64,000 bases of DNA from a bacterium (GTDB taxonomy: Bacteria; Desulfobacterota; Binatia; HRBIN30; CADEER01). How positions within the stretch are numbered: position 1 is the stretch's first letter; each line of letters opens with the position of its first letter. Under the pieces are notes generated by a model that was given only the letters and a program-made list of their open reading frames with translations, ran no database searches and was not told the origin of the DNA. The stretch is taken from the NCBI GenBank assembly GCA_019637795.1, contig JAHBUY010000006.1, forward strand, positions 114,330-178,329, in the 5' to 3' direction. Positions 1 to 9,036 of this stretch are shown here, piece after piece. Position numbers and translations under genes: made by a program.

Positions 1-647
1 TCCTCGCCCTCGACCGCCGACAGCGAGGCGCCGATGCGGCCGATGGCCGAGTCGCGGCCGGTGGCGCGCACCAGCAGGCGCCCGCGGCCGCGGGTCACCA
101 GCGTCCCCGAATAGACGAACGGCGTGGCGTCGCCGCCCGGCGGCGCCATGGCGAACGCCGCCGGATCGGCGCGCTTGTCGACGCCCAGCGCCTCGCCGGT
201 GAGGAGCGACTCGTCGACCGCGAGGTGCTCGGCCTCGAGCAGGACGCCGTCGGCCGGCACGCGATCGCCCTCGGCGAGCAGGGCGACGTCGCCCACCACG
301 ACCTCCCGGCCGGCGATCCGCGTCGGTTCGCCGTCGCGCAGCACCAGCGCCCGCGGGCTCGACAACTGGCGCAACGCCGCCAGCGCGCGTTCGGCCCGCC
401 ACTCCTGGTAGAGTTCGATGGCGATGATCAGCAGGATGCCGACCCCGAGCACCACCGCCTCGCCGACCGAGCCGAGCGCGAGGTAGATCGCCCCCGCCGC
501 CAGCAGCAGCCCGACCATCGGCTCGCGCACCACCTCCAAGGCGAGGTGCAGCAGGCCGCGCGCCTCGTCGGCGGGCAACTGGTTCGGGCCGTCGGCGGCC
601 AGTCGCCGCGCCGCCTCCGCGGCGGTCAGTCCGCTCCCGTCGTCCAC
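1..647 (-). CDS. P-type cation-transporting ATPase, N-terminal part; the gene continues beyond the window start
   Basis: Minus-strand translation reads VDDGSGLTAAEAARRLAADGPNQL...LVLRDGEPTRIAGREVVVGDVALLAEGDRVPADGVLLE...ESLLTGE, which is a typical N-terminal/actuator region of P-type ATPases. GTG start at 645-647 sits just after an in-frame TAG, with GAGG upstream. The six-frame track lists no ORF here because it has no ATG. Confidence 0.6.
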   Translation of the reverse strand, partial: MDDGSGLTAAEAARRLAADGPNQLPADEARGLLHLALEVVREPMVGLLLAAGAIYLALGSVGEAVVLGVGILLIIAIELYQEWRAERALAALRQLSSPRALVLRDGEPTRIAGREVVVGDVALLAEGDRVPADGVLLEAEHLAVDESLLTGEALGVDKRADPAAFAMAPPGGDATPFVYSGTLVTRGRGRLLVRATGRDSAIGRIGASLSAVEGE

Positions 648-714
648 GCCGGACCTCTAGCGAACCCCGCGCCGCCGCCACAGAGGCCCCGCGGACGAAC
701 GACACCCGCGGACT

Positions 715-955
715 CGGCCGCGGGTAGTGTCCTAATCTGAGCCTTAGCCCTGATGTGACGAAGGACTTTCACCACGGAGGCACGGAGACACGGAGAGCAC
801 TGATCTCGAAGCCCGCTCAGCGTTCATCCCAAAGTTCATCAGAAATGGAGTGAGAAGAGGCCCCGCGCCTTCGCTATGGCACCGAGCCCTCCGTGTCTCC
901 GTGCCTCCGTGGTGAAGGGTTTTTGTCGTATCGAGATTAGGACAGTACCCGGCCG
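715..955. repeat. ~240 bp imperfect palindromic intergenic element (possible MITE or structured RNA)
   Basis: 24-nt perfect inverted repeat: CCACGGAGGCACGGAGACACGGAG (772-795) against CTCCGTGTCTCCGTGCCTCCGTGG (888-911). A second, outer inverted block is GGGTAGTGTCCTAATCT (723-739) against AGATTAGGACAGTACCC (934-950). The arms flank a ~75 bp lower-GC core. Confidence 0.5.
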
Positions 956-974
956 CGGCGCGGGCAGCGGCGGC

Positions 975-2801
975 TCAGCGGTCCAGCAGCTCGAGCTTCT
1001 CGCGCTCCCTGAACTCGTCGCGCAGCGCCGCGTAGTCGGCGGCGGTGAACGGTCTGAACGCGGTATCGCCGCGCTGCCGCCAATAGACCGGCTCGTTCGC
1101 CGGCAGGCGGCTCAGGTCGAAGTGCGTCTTCTTGTAGTTGCGCACCAGCACCTTCTGCGTCTGCGTGAACTCGAAGTCGCCGACCACGCGGACGAAGTCG
1201 GGGAACCACTTGCGGTCCATGCTGGCGCCGTTCACCTGCGCCTCGCACCAGTCGAAGAAGCCCTTGGGATCGAAGCGGGCGCCGTCGCGCAGCTTGATCG
1301 TCGCCATCACCAGCTCGTCCGACACCGAGCACGGCACGCCGTAGGCGACGGCGAGCTGCACGTCCGGGTGCTCGGAGAGGATGCGGCCGACCTGACCGGC
1401 GGAGAAGTTCTCGCCGTCCTTGCGGATCCAGTCGTCGGTGCGGCCGTCGAAGAAGAGGAAGCGGCGGCCGTCGACGACCAGGATGTGGCCGAGGTCGCCC
1501 GAGTGGTAGACGCCGTCGCGGAACTTCTCGCTGTTGGCCTTGGGATTGTCGAAGTAGCCCTGGAAGAGACCGGTGTCGGCGGCGACGCGGCAGATCTCGC
1601 CGACGCACTGCTCGTAATTCAGCAGCTTGCCGTCGGCGCCGAGCTCGGCCGGCGGGCACTCCGCGCCGTCCGGACCGAGGATCTTCACCGCGGCGTCCAG
1701 CACCTCGCCGACGCTGCCGCGCGGATCGCCCTTGCGGCGGAAGGTGCTGATCGCCGCCTCGGTCGAGCCGTAGAGCTCGAACATGTCCTCGAGCCCCATC
1801 CACTCCATGAACCGATCGATGTCCGGCGGCGCGGCGCCGTTGCCGACCGCGTAGCGGAAGTGGTTCTTCGGGTTGTCGGTGATCTCCGCCTTGATGCGCG
1901 CCTCGTCGCCGCCGTACTGCTTCTCGATCGCCGCCAGGACGTAGTGCACCGGCTCGCCGACGTAGTTCCAGAAGGTGACGCCGTAGCGGAGGACGTCGGG
2001 CACGAACTGGCTGGCGCTGAAGCGCTCGCGCAGCGCCATGCCGCCACCCACCCAGAAGGCCGGCATGAAGCCGACGAACATGGCGTTGGAGTGGAACAGC
2101 GGCATGCAGGCGTAGCCGATGTCGTCGGCGCCGAGCCCGAGGTTGGCGCTGACGCCGAAGCCGGTGGCGCACAGTTTGGTGTGGTTGTTGTTGATCCCCT
2201 TCGGCAGGCCGGTGGTGCCCGACGTGTAGATCACCATCAGGTTGGTGTCGCTGGTCACCGTCACCGGCGGCGCCTCGAGCGACCGCCCGGCGGGCGCGAC
2301 CTCGCGCTCGACGCAGGCGACGAGGTCGGCCGCGGGGTCGACGTCGCCGGCCCCGGTCTTGAGGATGAGCACGTTTTCCGGCGCGAGATGGGTGAGGTCG
2401 CGCCGGATGCGCTCGACCTCGGGCCAGAAGCGCTCGTCCACCACCAGCAGGCGGGCGCGCGACTGGTTCAGCACCCCGGTCAGCACCTCGCCGCGCAGCC
2501 CGGTGTTGACGCCGAACAGCGTCAGGCCGCCGAAGGCGCAGCCGCCGTACAGCGCCAGCAGCTCGAGGTGGTTCTCCAGCACCATCGCCACGTGGCCGGG
2601 CCGCCGCTCATCGATGGAGCCGAGGCGGCGCAGGAGGAAGTGCGCCATGCGCACCGACTCGTCGCGGAATTGCGCGTATGTCCAGCGCCGGTCGCCCTGC
2701 ATGAGCACCGTCTTCTTCGACGCCTCCGGGTGGACGGCGCGCGCCTCGATCTGCTCGCCAACGGTAAAGCCTGCCTCGAATGCCAGCGGTGGTGCTGCCA
2801 C
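975..2801 (-). CDS. AMP-dependent acyl-CoA synthetase/ligase (long-chain fatty acid-CoA ligase-like)
   Basis: YTSGTTGLPKG AMP-binding motif and overall ANL-superfamily layout; 608 aa ORF from the track. Confidence 0.85.
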   Translation of the reverse strand: MAAPPLAFEAGFTVGEQIEARAVHPEASKKTVLMQGDRRWTYAQFRDESVRMAHFLLRRLGSIDERRPGHVAMVLENHLELLALYGGCAFGGLTLFGVNTGLRGEVLTGVLNQSRARLLVVDERFWPEVERIRRDLTHLAPENVLILKTGAGDVDPAADLVACVEREVAPAGRSLEAPPVTVTSDTNLMVIYTSGTTGLPKGINNNHTKLCATGFGVSANLGLGADDIGYACMPLFHSNAMFVGFMPAFWVGGGMALRERFSASQFVPDVLRYGVTFWNYVGEPVHYVLAAIEKQYGGDEARIKAEITDNPKNHFRYAVGNGAAPPDIDRFMEWMGLEDMFELYGSTEAAISTFRRKGDPRGSVGEVLDAAVKILGPDGAECPPAELGADGKLLNYEQCVGEICRVAADTGLFQGYFDNPKANSEKFRDGVYHSGDLGHILVVDGRRFLFFDGRTDDWIRKDGENFSAGQVGRILSEHPDVQLAVAYGVPCSVSDELVMATIKLRDGARFDPKGFFDWCEAQVNGASMDRKWFPDFVRVVGDFEFTQTQKVLVRNYKKTHFDLSRLPANEPVYWRQRGDTAFRPFTAADYAALRDEFREREKLELLDR

Positions 2802-2927
2802 TGTGGGGTGCCTCCTCGACCTGTGTGGGGAATACGAGGGTCGGCTTAGCAGCGGCGGCGGCGCGTGTGAAGCGCGACGCGCCGGCGCGCTTGCCCGCCG
2901 CCAGGGCGCCGCCTATGAGTCCGCACC

Positions 2928-3599
2928 ATGCCCAGTCCGTGGATCGACGCCGAGTTTCACGCCGAGGTGACGCTCGCGCTCGGCTATCGCTACCGGCTGT
3001 CGCTGCCGGAGGGCGAGCCCGCGGCCGGCGGGCGCTGGCCGCTGCTGGTCTTCCTGCACGGCTCGGGCGAGCGCGGCGACGATCTCGACGTCGTGGCGCG
3101 CAACGGCCCGCCGAAGCTGATCGCCGAGGGCCGCCGCTTCCCCGCCATCGTCGCCAGCCCGCAGGCGCCCGAGCACGCGGCGTGGGACCCGCACGCCGTG
3201 CAGGCGCTGGTCGACGCGCTGCGCCGCCGCCATCCGGTCGACGACGATCGCGTCTATCTCACCGGTCTCAGCATGGGCGGCTACGCGGTGTGGGACACGC
3301 TCGCCGCCTACCCCGACACCTTCGCGGCCGCGGTGCCGATCTGCGGCGGCATCGGCGCCGCGATCGTCGCCGCCGAGCGCTTCGCGCACGTGCCGGTGTG
3401 GATCTTCCACGGCGCCGACGACCCGATCGTCCCGGTCGAGAACGCGCAGCGCATCCACGACGCGCTGCTGGCCGCCGGCGGCGCGCCGGCGATGACGATC
3501 TACCCAGGCGTCGGCCACGACTCCTGGGTGCGCGCCTACGACGATCCGGCCCTGTGGGCCTGGCTCTTCGCCCAGCGCCGCGCCGCCGCGCTCCGCTGA
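2928..3599 (+). CDS. alpha/beta-hydrolase, phospholipase/carboxylesterase family
   Basis: LVFLHGSGERGDD and the GLSMGG nucleophile elbow; a conserved His near the C-terminus. Confidence 0.8.
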   Translation: MPSPWIDAEFHAEVTLALGYRYRLSLPEGEPAAGGRWPLLVFLHGSGERGDDLDVVARNGPPKLIAEGRRFPAIVASPQAPEHAAWDPHAVQALVDALRRRHPVDDDRVYLTGLSMGGYAVWDTLAAYPDTFAAAVPICGGIGAAIVAAERFAHVPVWIFHGADDPIVPVENAQRIHDALLAAGGAPAMTIYPGVGHDSWVRAYDDPALWAWLFAQRRAAALR

Positions 3600-3631
3600 G
3601 GGCCTGCGGCCGCTCGCCGCGCGACGGGCGG

Positions 3632-6577
3632 CTACCCCGCCGCCCCGACGACGCACACCCCCGCGGCGCACTGGCCGTTCTGCTCGCCGACCCGGCAGTC
3701 GAGGCCCTCGGCGCCGGGTTCGCTGCGGCAGGTGCCGCCGCGGTCGCGGTAGTCGTAGGTGCACGGATTGCCGTCGTTGCAGGTGTTCGGCACGCATCCG
3801 GGCGAGCCCTGGATGCAGAAGGCCGACAGCGGCGTGTCGCGCCGGGCTTCGCGGTCGGCATCCGCGCCCTCGTTGAACGCGCCGGTGCCGGCGCCGACGA
3901 ACATCTGGCCGCCGACGATGGTGGCGCCGGCGGCGACGCCGCTCGGCACCGGGGCGGCGAGCACGGACTTGAGCAGCGAGCCGCCCTGGCGATCGAACAC
4001 GTTGATGTTGGGGCGCGGCGTGCCGCCGCACAGCGCCAGCCCGGGCACGCCCATGCACGGCGCGTACGACGTGTCGGCGCTCGAGTCCTGCCAGCGGACG
4101 CTGCCGTCGCTGAGGTTCAGCGCGTGCACCGACGGCTTCTGCGGCCGGCTGATGCTGAAGCCGAAGCCGGTGCTGAACACCGCGATGCCCTCGCCCACCG
4201 AGGCCGAGCCGATGATGCCGCCGATCGGCCCGCCGGGAACGACGTTGGTCGCCCAGTATGGCTCGACGACGCCGCTGATCTGGTTCACGCCGCCGCGGTC
4301 GAGCGCGTAGTAGGTGCCGTCCTTGCCGCCGACGCCGACCAGGTCGCGCACCGCGCCGCCGATCTCCGCCTCGAAGAGATTCGGCACGGCGCCGAAGTCG
4401 AGATCGTCGGGATCCACCTCGCGGGGCCGCCAGCTCCAGGCCAGGTCGCCGTCGAGGGTCAGCGCGATGATCGCCTCCTCGAGCGGCGGCGTCACCGGCG
4501 GCTGCGGCGTGTTGGGATCGTCGTCGACGTCGCAGTTGCTCGATACCGTGTAGAGCTGGCGCCGCCGCATGTCGACCGCCATCGACGACCAGATGTTGCC
4601 GCAGCCGATGCTGGTGCGGTCGAAGTCGCAGCCCGGCCGGCTCTCCAGGAATCCCTCCGGCAGGCCGAGCGCCTCGGCGCTGTGGAAGCCGTCGAAGCGG
4701 CGGATGTTGTCCTCGGCGAAGGGCCGGCAGGTGGCGGTGGTGACGACGTCGAACCACCAGGCGAGGCGGCCGTCGTCGGCGCGCAACGCGAAGATGGCGC
4801 CCTTGCCGGGAACGCCGTCATTGGTGTCCATGCCGAGCAGCACCAGGCCGTCGACCACCGCCGGCGTCGATTCGATCTGGTTGCGCTCCTCGCGCGTCGT
4901 GCAGGTGGTGCAGCCGGTGCCGGCGTCGAACTGCCAGAGCTCGGCGCCGGTGGTGGCGTCGAGGCAGTAGAGCGTCTCGCCGCCCGGGACGTAGACGCGC
5001 TGCTGGCCGTCGATCCAGGCCACCGTCGGCGAGCCGGCGTACGGATAGTAGGTGCCCGGCTGCGGCTTCATGAGATAGCGCCACGCCAGGCTGCCGTTCT
5101 CGGCGCGCAGCGCGTACACGTAGCGATCCCACGAGGGGACGATGACGATCTGCGTCCGGCCCTCGCCCGGCAGGTCCACCCAGGTGACCGCGGCCTGGGC
5201 GCTGATCATGCCGCCGGTCATGTAGCGCCACTTGTTGACCAACTGCGGCGCCGTGCCGGCATTGAGCGCCCGTTCGCGCGGATTGAAGTAGGTGCGGCGG
5301 ATGCTGCCGCCGAGGGTGAGCCACTCGTCGGCGCGCGACGGCAGCACGGCCAGGCCGTCGGGGAAGCTGATGCCGCGTCGCATCAGCTCCGGCTCGGACG
5401 GCCGGCCGGCGTCGTCGAAGGTGACGCGGCGCAGCGTGCCGGCGCCGGCGACGTCCTCGTTCTGCTCGTTCAGCCCGAGGTCGGCGTAGTAGAGCGTGCC
5501 CTGCGAGTCGAAGGCCATGCCGGCCGGGTTGCCCCAATCGCCCGGCGGCAGCACCTCGCGGAGGAAGGTGCCGTCGGCGGCGTGCTCGCGGATGCCGGCG
5601 TCCCGCCCGGCGAGGCCGACCACCTGCGAGACGAAGAAGTGGCCATCGCGACCGCGCGCCACGCCGAGGGATGCGACCGCGTCGCTGTAGGCGATGAACG
5701 GCGTCTTCACTGGCACCACCGTGTCGCACTCGTCGGCGTTGGCGGGGAACGGCGCCGCATAGCGCTGCACCCGACCCGGCGGCCCCGCCTCGGCGACGTA
5801 GAGGTTGCCGTCGTCGTCGCTGGTCATCAGACCGGGCGTCCGCAGGCCGCCGTCGAGCGTGCAACTGGTGGTGTAGTCCGGGGGGAAGAACACGACGAGA
5901 TGGCCGTCGGCGCCGCCCTGGGAGCCGATGGCGCTGCCGAACAGCCGCCCGTCGGCGTCGACCACGCAGCCGATCGGATCGGGGTTGGTGGTCTCGTTGT
6001 CGAACGCCGGAAGGGGAATCTTCTGCAGGAAGGTGCCGTCGGCCGAGAAGATCGCCCACCCCGGACGGACCGCCGGCTGGCCGGTGTCCTCGCCGCCGAC
6101 GTAGCTGCCGGCGCCGCCCGGCAGCAGGCAGATCTGGCCGTTGATGTTGGCGTGGGTGTTGGGGACGGTCGTCGTCACCGCCCCGCTCGCCAGATCGTAC
6201 TCGTCGAGCTGGTTGTTCTGCGGGCTGAACAGCACCTCGCCGGCGGGGCCGCCGCCGCAGCCGGACAGCGCCTTGGTGACTCCGCGCACCAGCTCGTTGA
6301 TCCCCACCACGCCGTCGCGATTGTTGTCGATGGCGTCGCAGACCCCGATGGCGTCGCCGCCGAGGGCGATGGTGACCGCCCGCACCAGCTCGTCGATCGT
6401 GACGCGCCGATCGTCGTTGCAGTCGCCGACGCACGCGCTGCCCGCGCGCGGCAGGAGGACGGGCGCGACCAGCGCGCAGATGGCAATCCAGCGACGGACC
6501 CTCGAACGCATTGCGACCCCCGTGGCGAAGCGTGTTGCGCTGGACGCACTCTGCCCGCTCGGGCGAAGAGTTGCCAA
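3632..6577 (-). CDS. large secreted multidomain protein: signal peptide, Cys-bracketed dockerin-like double repeat, PQQ-like beta-propeller repeats, C-terminal Myxococcus-type Cys-rich repeat
   Basis: N-terminus CVGDCNDDRRVTIDELVRAVTIALG...CDAIDNNRDGVVGINELVRGVTKALSGC. Repeated ...DG.LAW(R/W)(F/Y) PQQ/BamB-like blades. C-terminus CNDGNPCTYD...C. The true start may be the downstream ATG at 6511 (MRSRVRRWIAICALVAPVLLP signal peptide). Confidence 0.75.
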   Translation of the reverse strand: MATLRPSGQSASSATRFATGVAMRSRVRRWIAICALVAPVLLPRAGSACVGDCNDDRRVTIDELVRAVTIALGGDAIGVCDAIDNNRDGVVGINELVRGVTKALSGCGGGPAGEVLFSPQNNQLDEYDLASGAVTTTVPNTHANINGQICLLPGGAGSYVGGEDTGQPAVRPGWAIFSADGTFLQKIPLPAFDNETTNPDPIGCVVDADGRLFGSAIGSQGGADGHLVVFFPPDYTTSCTLDGGLRTPGLMTSDDDGNLYVAEAGPPGRVQRYAAPFPANADECDTVVPVKTPFIAYSDAVASLGVARGRDGHFFVSQVVGLAGRDAGIREHAADGTFLREVLPPGDWGNPAGMAFDSQGTLYYADLGLNEQNEDVAGAGTLRRVTFDDAGRPSEPELMRRGISFPDGLAVLPSRADEWLTLGGSIRRTYFNPRERALNAGTAPQLVNKWRYMTGGMISAQAAVTWVDLPGEGRTQIVIVPSWDRYVYALRAENGSLAWRYLMKPQPGTYYPYAGSPTVAWIDGQQRVYVPGGETLYCLDATTGAELWQFDAGTGCTTCTTREERNQIESTPAVVDGLVLLGMDTNDGVPGKGAIFALRADDGRLAWWFDVVTTATCRPFAEDNIRRFDGFHSAEALGLPEGFLESRPGCDFDRTSIGCGNIWSSMAVDMRRRQLYTVSSNCDVDDDPNTPQPPVTPPLEEAIIALTLDGDLAWSWRPREVDPDDLDFGAVPNLFEAEIGGAVRDLVGVGGKDGTYYALDRGGVNQISGVVEPYWATNVVPGGPIGGIIGSASVGEGIAVFSTGFGFSISRPQKPSVHALNLSDGSVRWQDSSADTSYAPCMGVPGLALCGGTPRPNINVFDRQGGSLLKSVLAAPVPSGVAAGATIVGGQMFVGAGTGAFNEGADADREARRDTPLSAFCIQGSPGCVPNTCNDGNPCTYDYRDRGGTCRSEPGAEGLDCRVGEQNGQCAAGVCVVGAAG

Positions 6578-6610
6578 CCCTGGCGCCCGCGCGGGCGACG
6601 CCAGGCGGGA

Positions 6611-8626
6611 CTAGTCGACCGGCACCGACTCCGCCTCCGCCAGCCAGAGCGCCGGCGAGGCGTCGGACGGCATGCGCCAGTCGCCGCGCGGCGAGAGGCT
6701 GCCGCCGGAGCCGACCTTGGGGCCGTCGGGCAGCGCCTCGCGCTTGAACTGGTTGGCGAAGAAGCGCTGCACGAAGACCAGCAGCCAGCGGCGGATGGTC
6801 GCCAGGTCGTAGCGCCCGTCGAAGGCATGCAGCGCCAGGCGCGCCAGGCGGCGCGGCCCGGCGCCGAAGCGGAGCACGTGGTAGAGGAAGAAGTCGTGCA
6901 GCTCGTAGGGACCGACGACGTCCTCCGACACCTGCACGATCTCGCCGTCGCGCGGCCGCAGCAGCTCGGGGCTGATCGGCGTCGCCAGCACGTCGCGCAG
7001 CACCGCCTGCACCGCGGCGTCGCCGGCGAAGATGACGTCGGCGGCCCAGGCGATCAGGTAGCTGATCAGCGACTTCGGCACGCCGGCGTTGACGCCGTAG
7101 TGCGACAGATGATCGCCGCCGTAGGTGCACCAGCCGAGCGCGATCTCCGAGAGATCGCCGGTGCCGAGATTGATGCCGCGCTGCTGCGAGGCGGTGGCGA
7201 ACAGGAGCAGCGTGCGCAGCCAGGCCTGCACGTTCTCGAACGTCAGGTCCTCCCGCTCCGGCGGATGGCCGATGGCGGCGTAGACCGCCTCGCCGATGCC
7301 GGTGATCGGGATCTCCTGGAAGCTGGCGTGCAGCGCCCGCGCCAGGCGCTCGGCGTTGCCGCGGGTGCGGGCGGTGGTGCCGAAGCCCGGCATGGTGATC
7401 GCCAGCAGCCGGCCGCGCTCCAGGTGGAGCAGATCGAGGGCGTGCGCGGCGACCAGCAGCGCGTGCGTCGAATCCTGGCCGCCCGAGACGCCGATGACGA
7501 TGCGGCGCGCCGCCGGCGGCAGCGCGTGCAGCCGGCGGGCGAGCGCGCTCGCCTGGATCAGGAAGACCTCGCGGCAGCGGACGTCGCGCTCCGCCGCGTC
7601 GGCGGGGACGAACGGCCGGGCGTCGACGCGGCGCTCGAAGCGCTCCCAGGTGGCGCGCGGGCGCGCGTCCGCCGCCGGCCCGCAGTCGACGATGCGCACG
7701 GCGCGCCCGTGATCGCGCGCGTTGGCGCCGAACGACGTCTGCCGCATGCGATCCTGGAGGAGCGCCTGCAGGTCGACGTCGACCTCGACGTGCGTGCCGC
7801 CGAGCATGAACCGGTGCGTCTCGGCGATCAGCCGCCCGCGCTCGGCCACCATGCCGTGGCCGTCCCACGCCAGGTCGGAGGTCGACTCGCCGAAGCCGGC
7901 GGCGGAGTACATTTGCACCGCGAGATTGCGGGCCGACGAGTTGCGCACCAGCTCCTGGCGATACTCCCACTTGCCGACGGTGATGTTCGAGGCCGAGAGA
8001 TTGGCGAGCACGGTGGCGCCGGCCAGCGCCGCCAGCGTGCTCGGCGGCACCGGCACCCAGAGATCCTCGCAGACGTCGGTGTGCAGCACGAACCCCGGCA
8101 GGTGGGGCAGTCGGATGAGCACGTCGGTGCCGAACGGCACGTCGCCGCCGAGCAGCGACAACTCGCGCACCGCCGTCTCGGCGGCGGGCCGGAACCAGCG
8201 CAGCTCGTAGAACTCGCGGTAGCTCGGCGGGTACGATTTCGGCGCCACCGCCAGGACGCGGCCGCGGTAGAGGGTGACGGCGCAGTTGAAGAGCAGCCCC
8301 TCGATCGCCAGCGGCGCGCCGACCGTGAACAGCAGGTTCCAGTCGGCGCTGGCGTGGGCCAGCTCCGCGAGGGCGGCACGCACCCCGGCGAGCAGCGACT
8401 CCTGGAAGAACAGGTCGCCGCAGGTATAGGCGCTGAGGCCGAGCTCGGGGCAGAGCGCGTAATGGGCGCCGGCGCGGTGCACCGTCTCGAGCTGCTCGAG
8501 GTGCGCGGCGGCGTTGAAGGCGGGGTCGGCGACCCGCACCGGCGGCACGCAGACGGCGACCCGGGCGAAGCCGTGGGTGCGCACGTCGAGAAAGTCGCGA
8601 TCGGGACTGCCGGGCGGCCGCGCCAT
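6611..8626 (-). CDS. nadE: glutamine-dependent NAD+ synthetase (N-terminal CN-hydrolase domain plus NAD synthase domain)
   Basis: GVSGGQDS PP-loop motif and a nitrilase-like N-terminal half; 671 aa. Confidence 0.9.
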   Translation of the reverse strand: MARPPGSPDRDFLDVRTHGFARVAVCVPPVRVADPAFNAAAHLEQLETVHRAGAHYALCPELGLSAYTCGDLFFQESLLAGVRAALAELAHASADWNLLFTVGAPLAIEGLLFNCAVTLYRGRVLAVAPKSYPPSYREFYELRWFRPAAETAVRELSLLGGDVPFGTDVLIRLPHLPGFVLHTDVCEDLWVPVPPSTLAALAGATVLANLSASNITVGKWEYRQELVRNSSARNLAVQMYSAAGFGESTSDLAWDGHGMVAERGRLIAETHRFMLGGTHVEVDVDLQALLQDRMRQTSFGANARDHGRAVRIVDCGPAADARPRATWERFERRVDARPFVPADAAERDVRCREVFLIQASALARRLHALPPAARRIVIGVSGGQDSTHALLVAAHALDLLHLERGRLLAITMPGFGTTARTRGNAERLARALHASFQEIPITGIGEAVYAAIGHPPEREDLTFENVQAWLRTLLLFATASQQRGINLGTGDLSEIALGWCTYGGDHLSHYGVNAGVPKSLISYLIAWAADVIFAGDAAVQAVLRDVLATPISPELLRPRDGEIVQVSEDVVGPYELHDFFLYHVLRFGAGPRRLARLALHAFDGRYDLATIRRWLLVFVQRFFANQFKREALPDGPKVGSGGSLSPRGDWRMPSDASPALWLAEAESVPVD

Positions 8627-8724
8627 CGCCGGGAGTCTACACGAATCGAAGGGAAATGCCCCTGCATCCCCTTCACAAAGGCCGGCAAAGCTAGTAGGCG
8701 CCTGGATTTCACCGTCTACGCCTC

Positions 8725-8955
8725 ATGGGATCCGTCATCGAATTCGGCATGCCCCGCCGACGGCGGCGCGCCGCGGCGCGCCCCGCCGCCGGCCCGAGCG
8801 TCGTCCACTGCGGGCACTGCGGCGAACCGCACCCCATCGTCCGCCTGCAGGGTGGCGAGCAGCGCTGCGTGACCGCCTTCTTCGACGGCAGCCACTGGTT
8901 CTGCCGCAACCGCGGCTGCCGGCGCGCCTGGCTGGAACGCAGCGGCGAGATCTGA
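8725..8955 (+). CDS. small hypothetical protein with a Cys4 zinc-ribbon-like pattern
   Basis: CGHCGEP...C...FCRNRGC in 76 aa; lies in the divergent intergenic region upstream of nadE. Weak support. Confidence 0.3.
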   Translation: MGSVIEFGMPRRRRRAAARPAAGPSVVHCGHCGEPHPIVRLQGGEQRCVTAFFDGSHWFCRNRGCRRAWLERSGEI

Positions 8956-9036
8956 GGCGCGACGCGCCGTGGCGCCTCGTCCGCGGCTCCCCCCGCGCGC
9001 ATTGCGGGCGCATCGCGCCTTCCGTATCTTCGTCGC

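Noticed and set aside
876-2849. 657-aa + strand ORF, and the 411-aa minus-strand ORF at 937..2172
   Set aside because: Both overlap the acyl-CoA synthetase frame, which carries a clear AMP-binding signature. Their translations are low-complexity.
4818-7970. 1050-aa minus-strand ORF
   Set aside because: An alternative frame overlapping the real 3632..6577 and nadE frames. The translation is an RRRPAG-type repeat with no domains.
8725-8742. Adjacent BamHI (GGATCC) and EcoRI (GAATTC) sites at the start of the small zinc-ribbon ORF
   Set aside because: Looks like a cloning-linker fingerprint. It is more likely coincidence in native sequence, and nothing else in the window suggests a construct.
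2780-8872. 2030-aa + strand ORF spanning 6 kb
   Set aside because: Antisense or out-of-frame to three well-supported minus-strand genes (esterase region, 981-aa secreted protein, nadE). The translation is Arg/Ala/Gly-rich low complexity with no motifs. This is the typical GC-rich shadow ORF.
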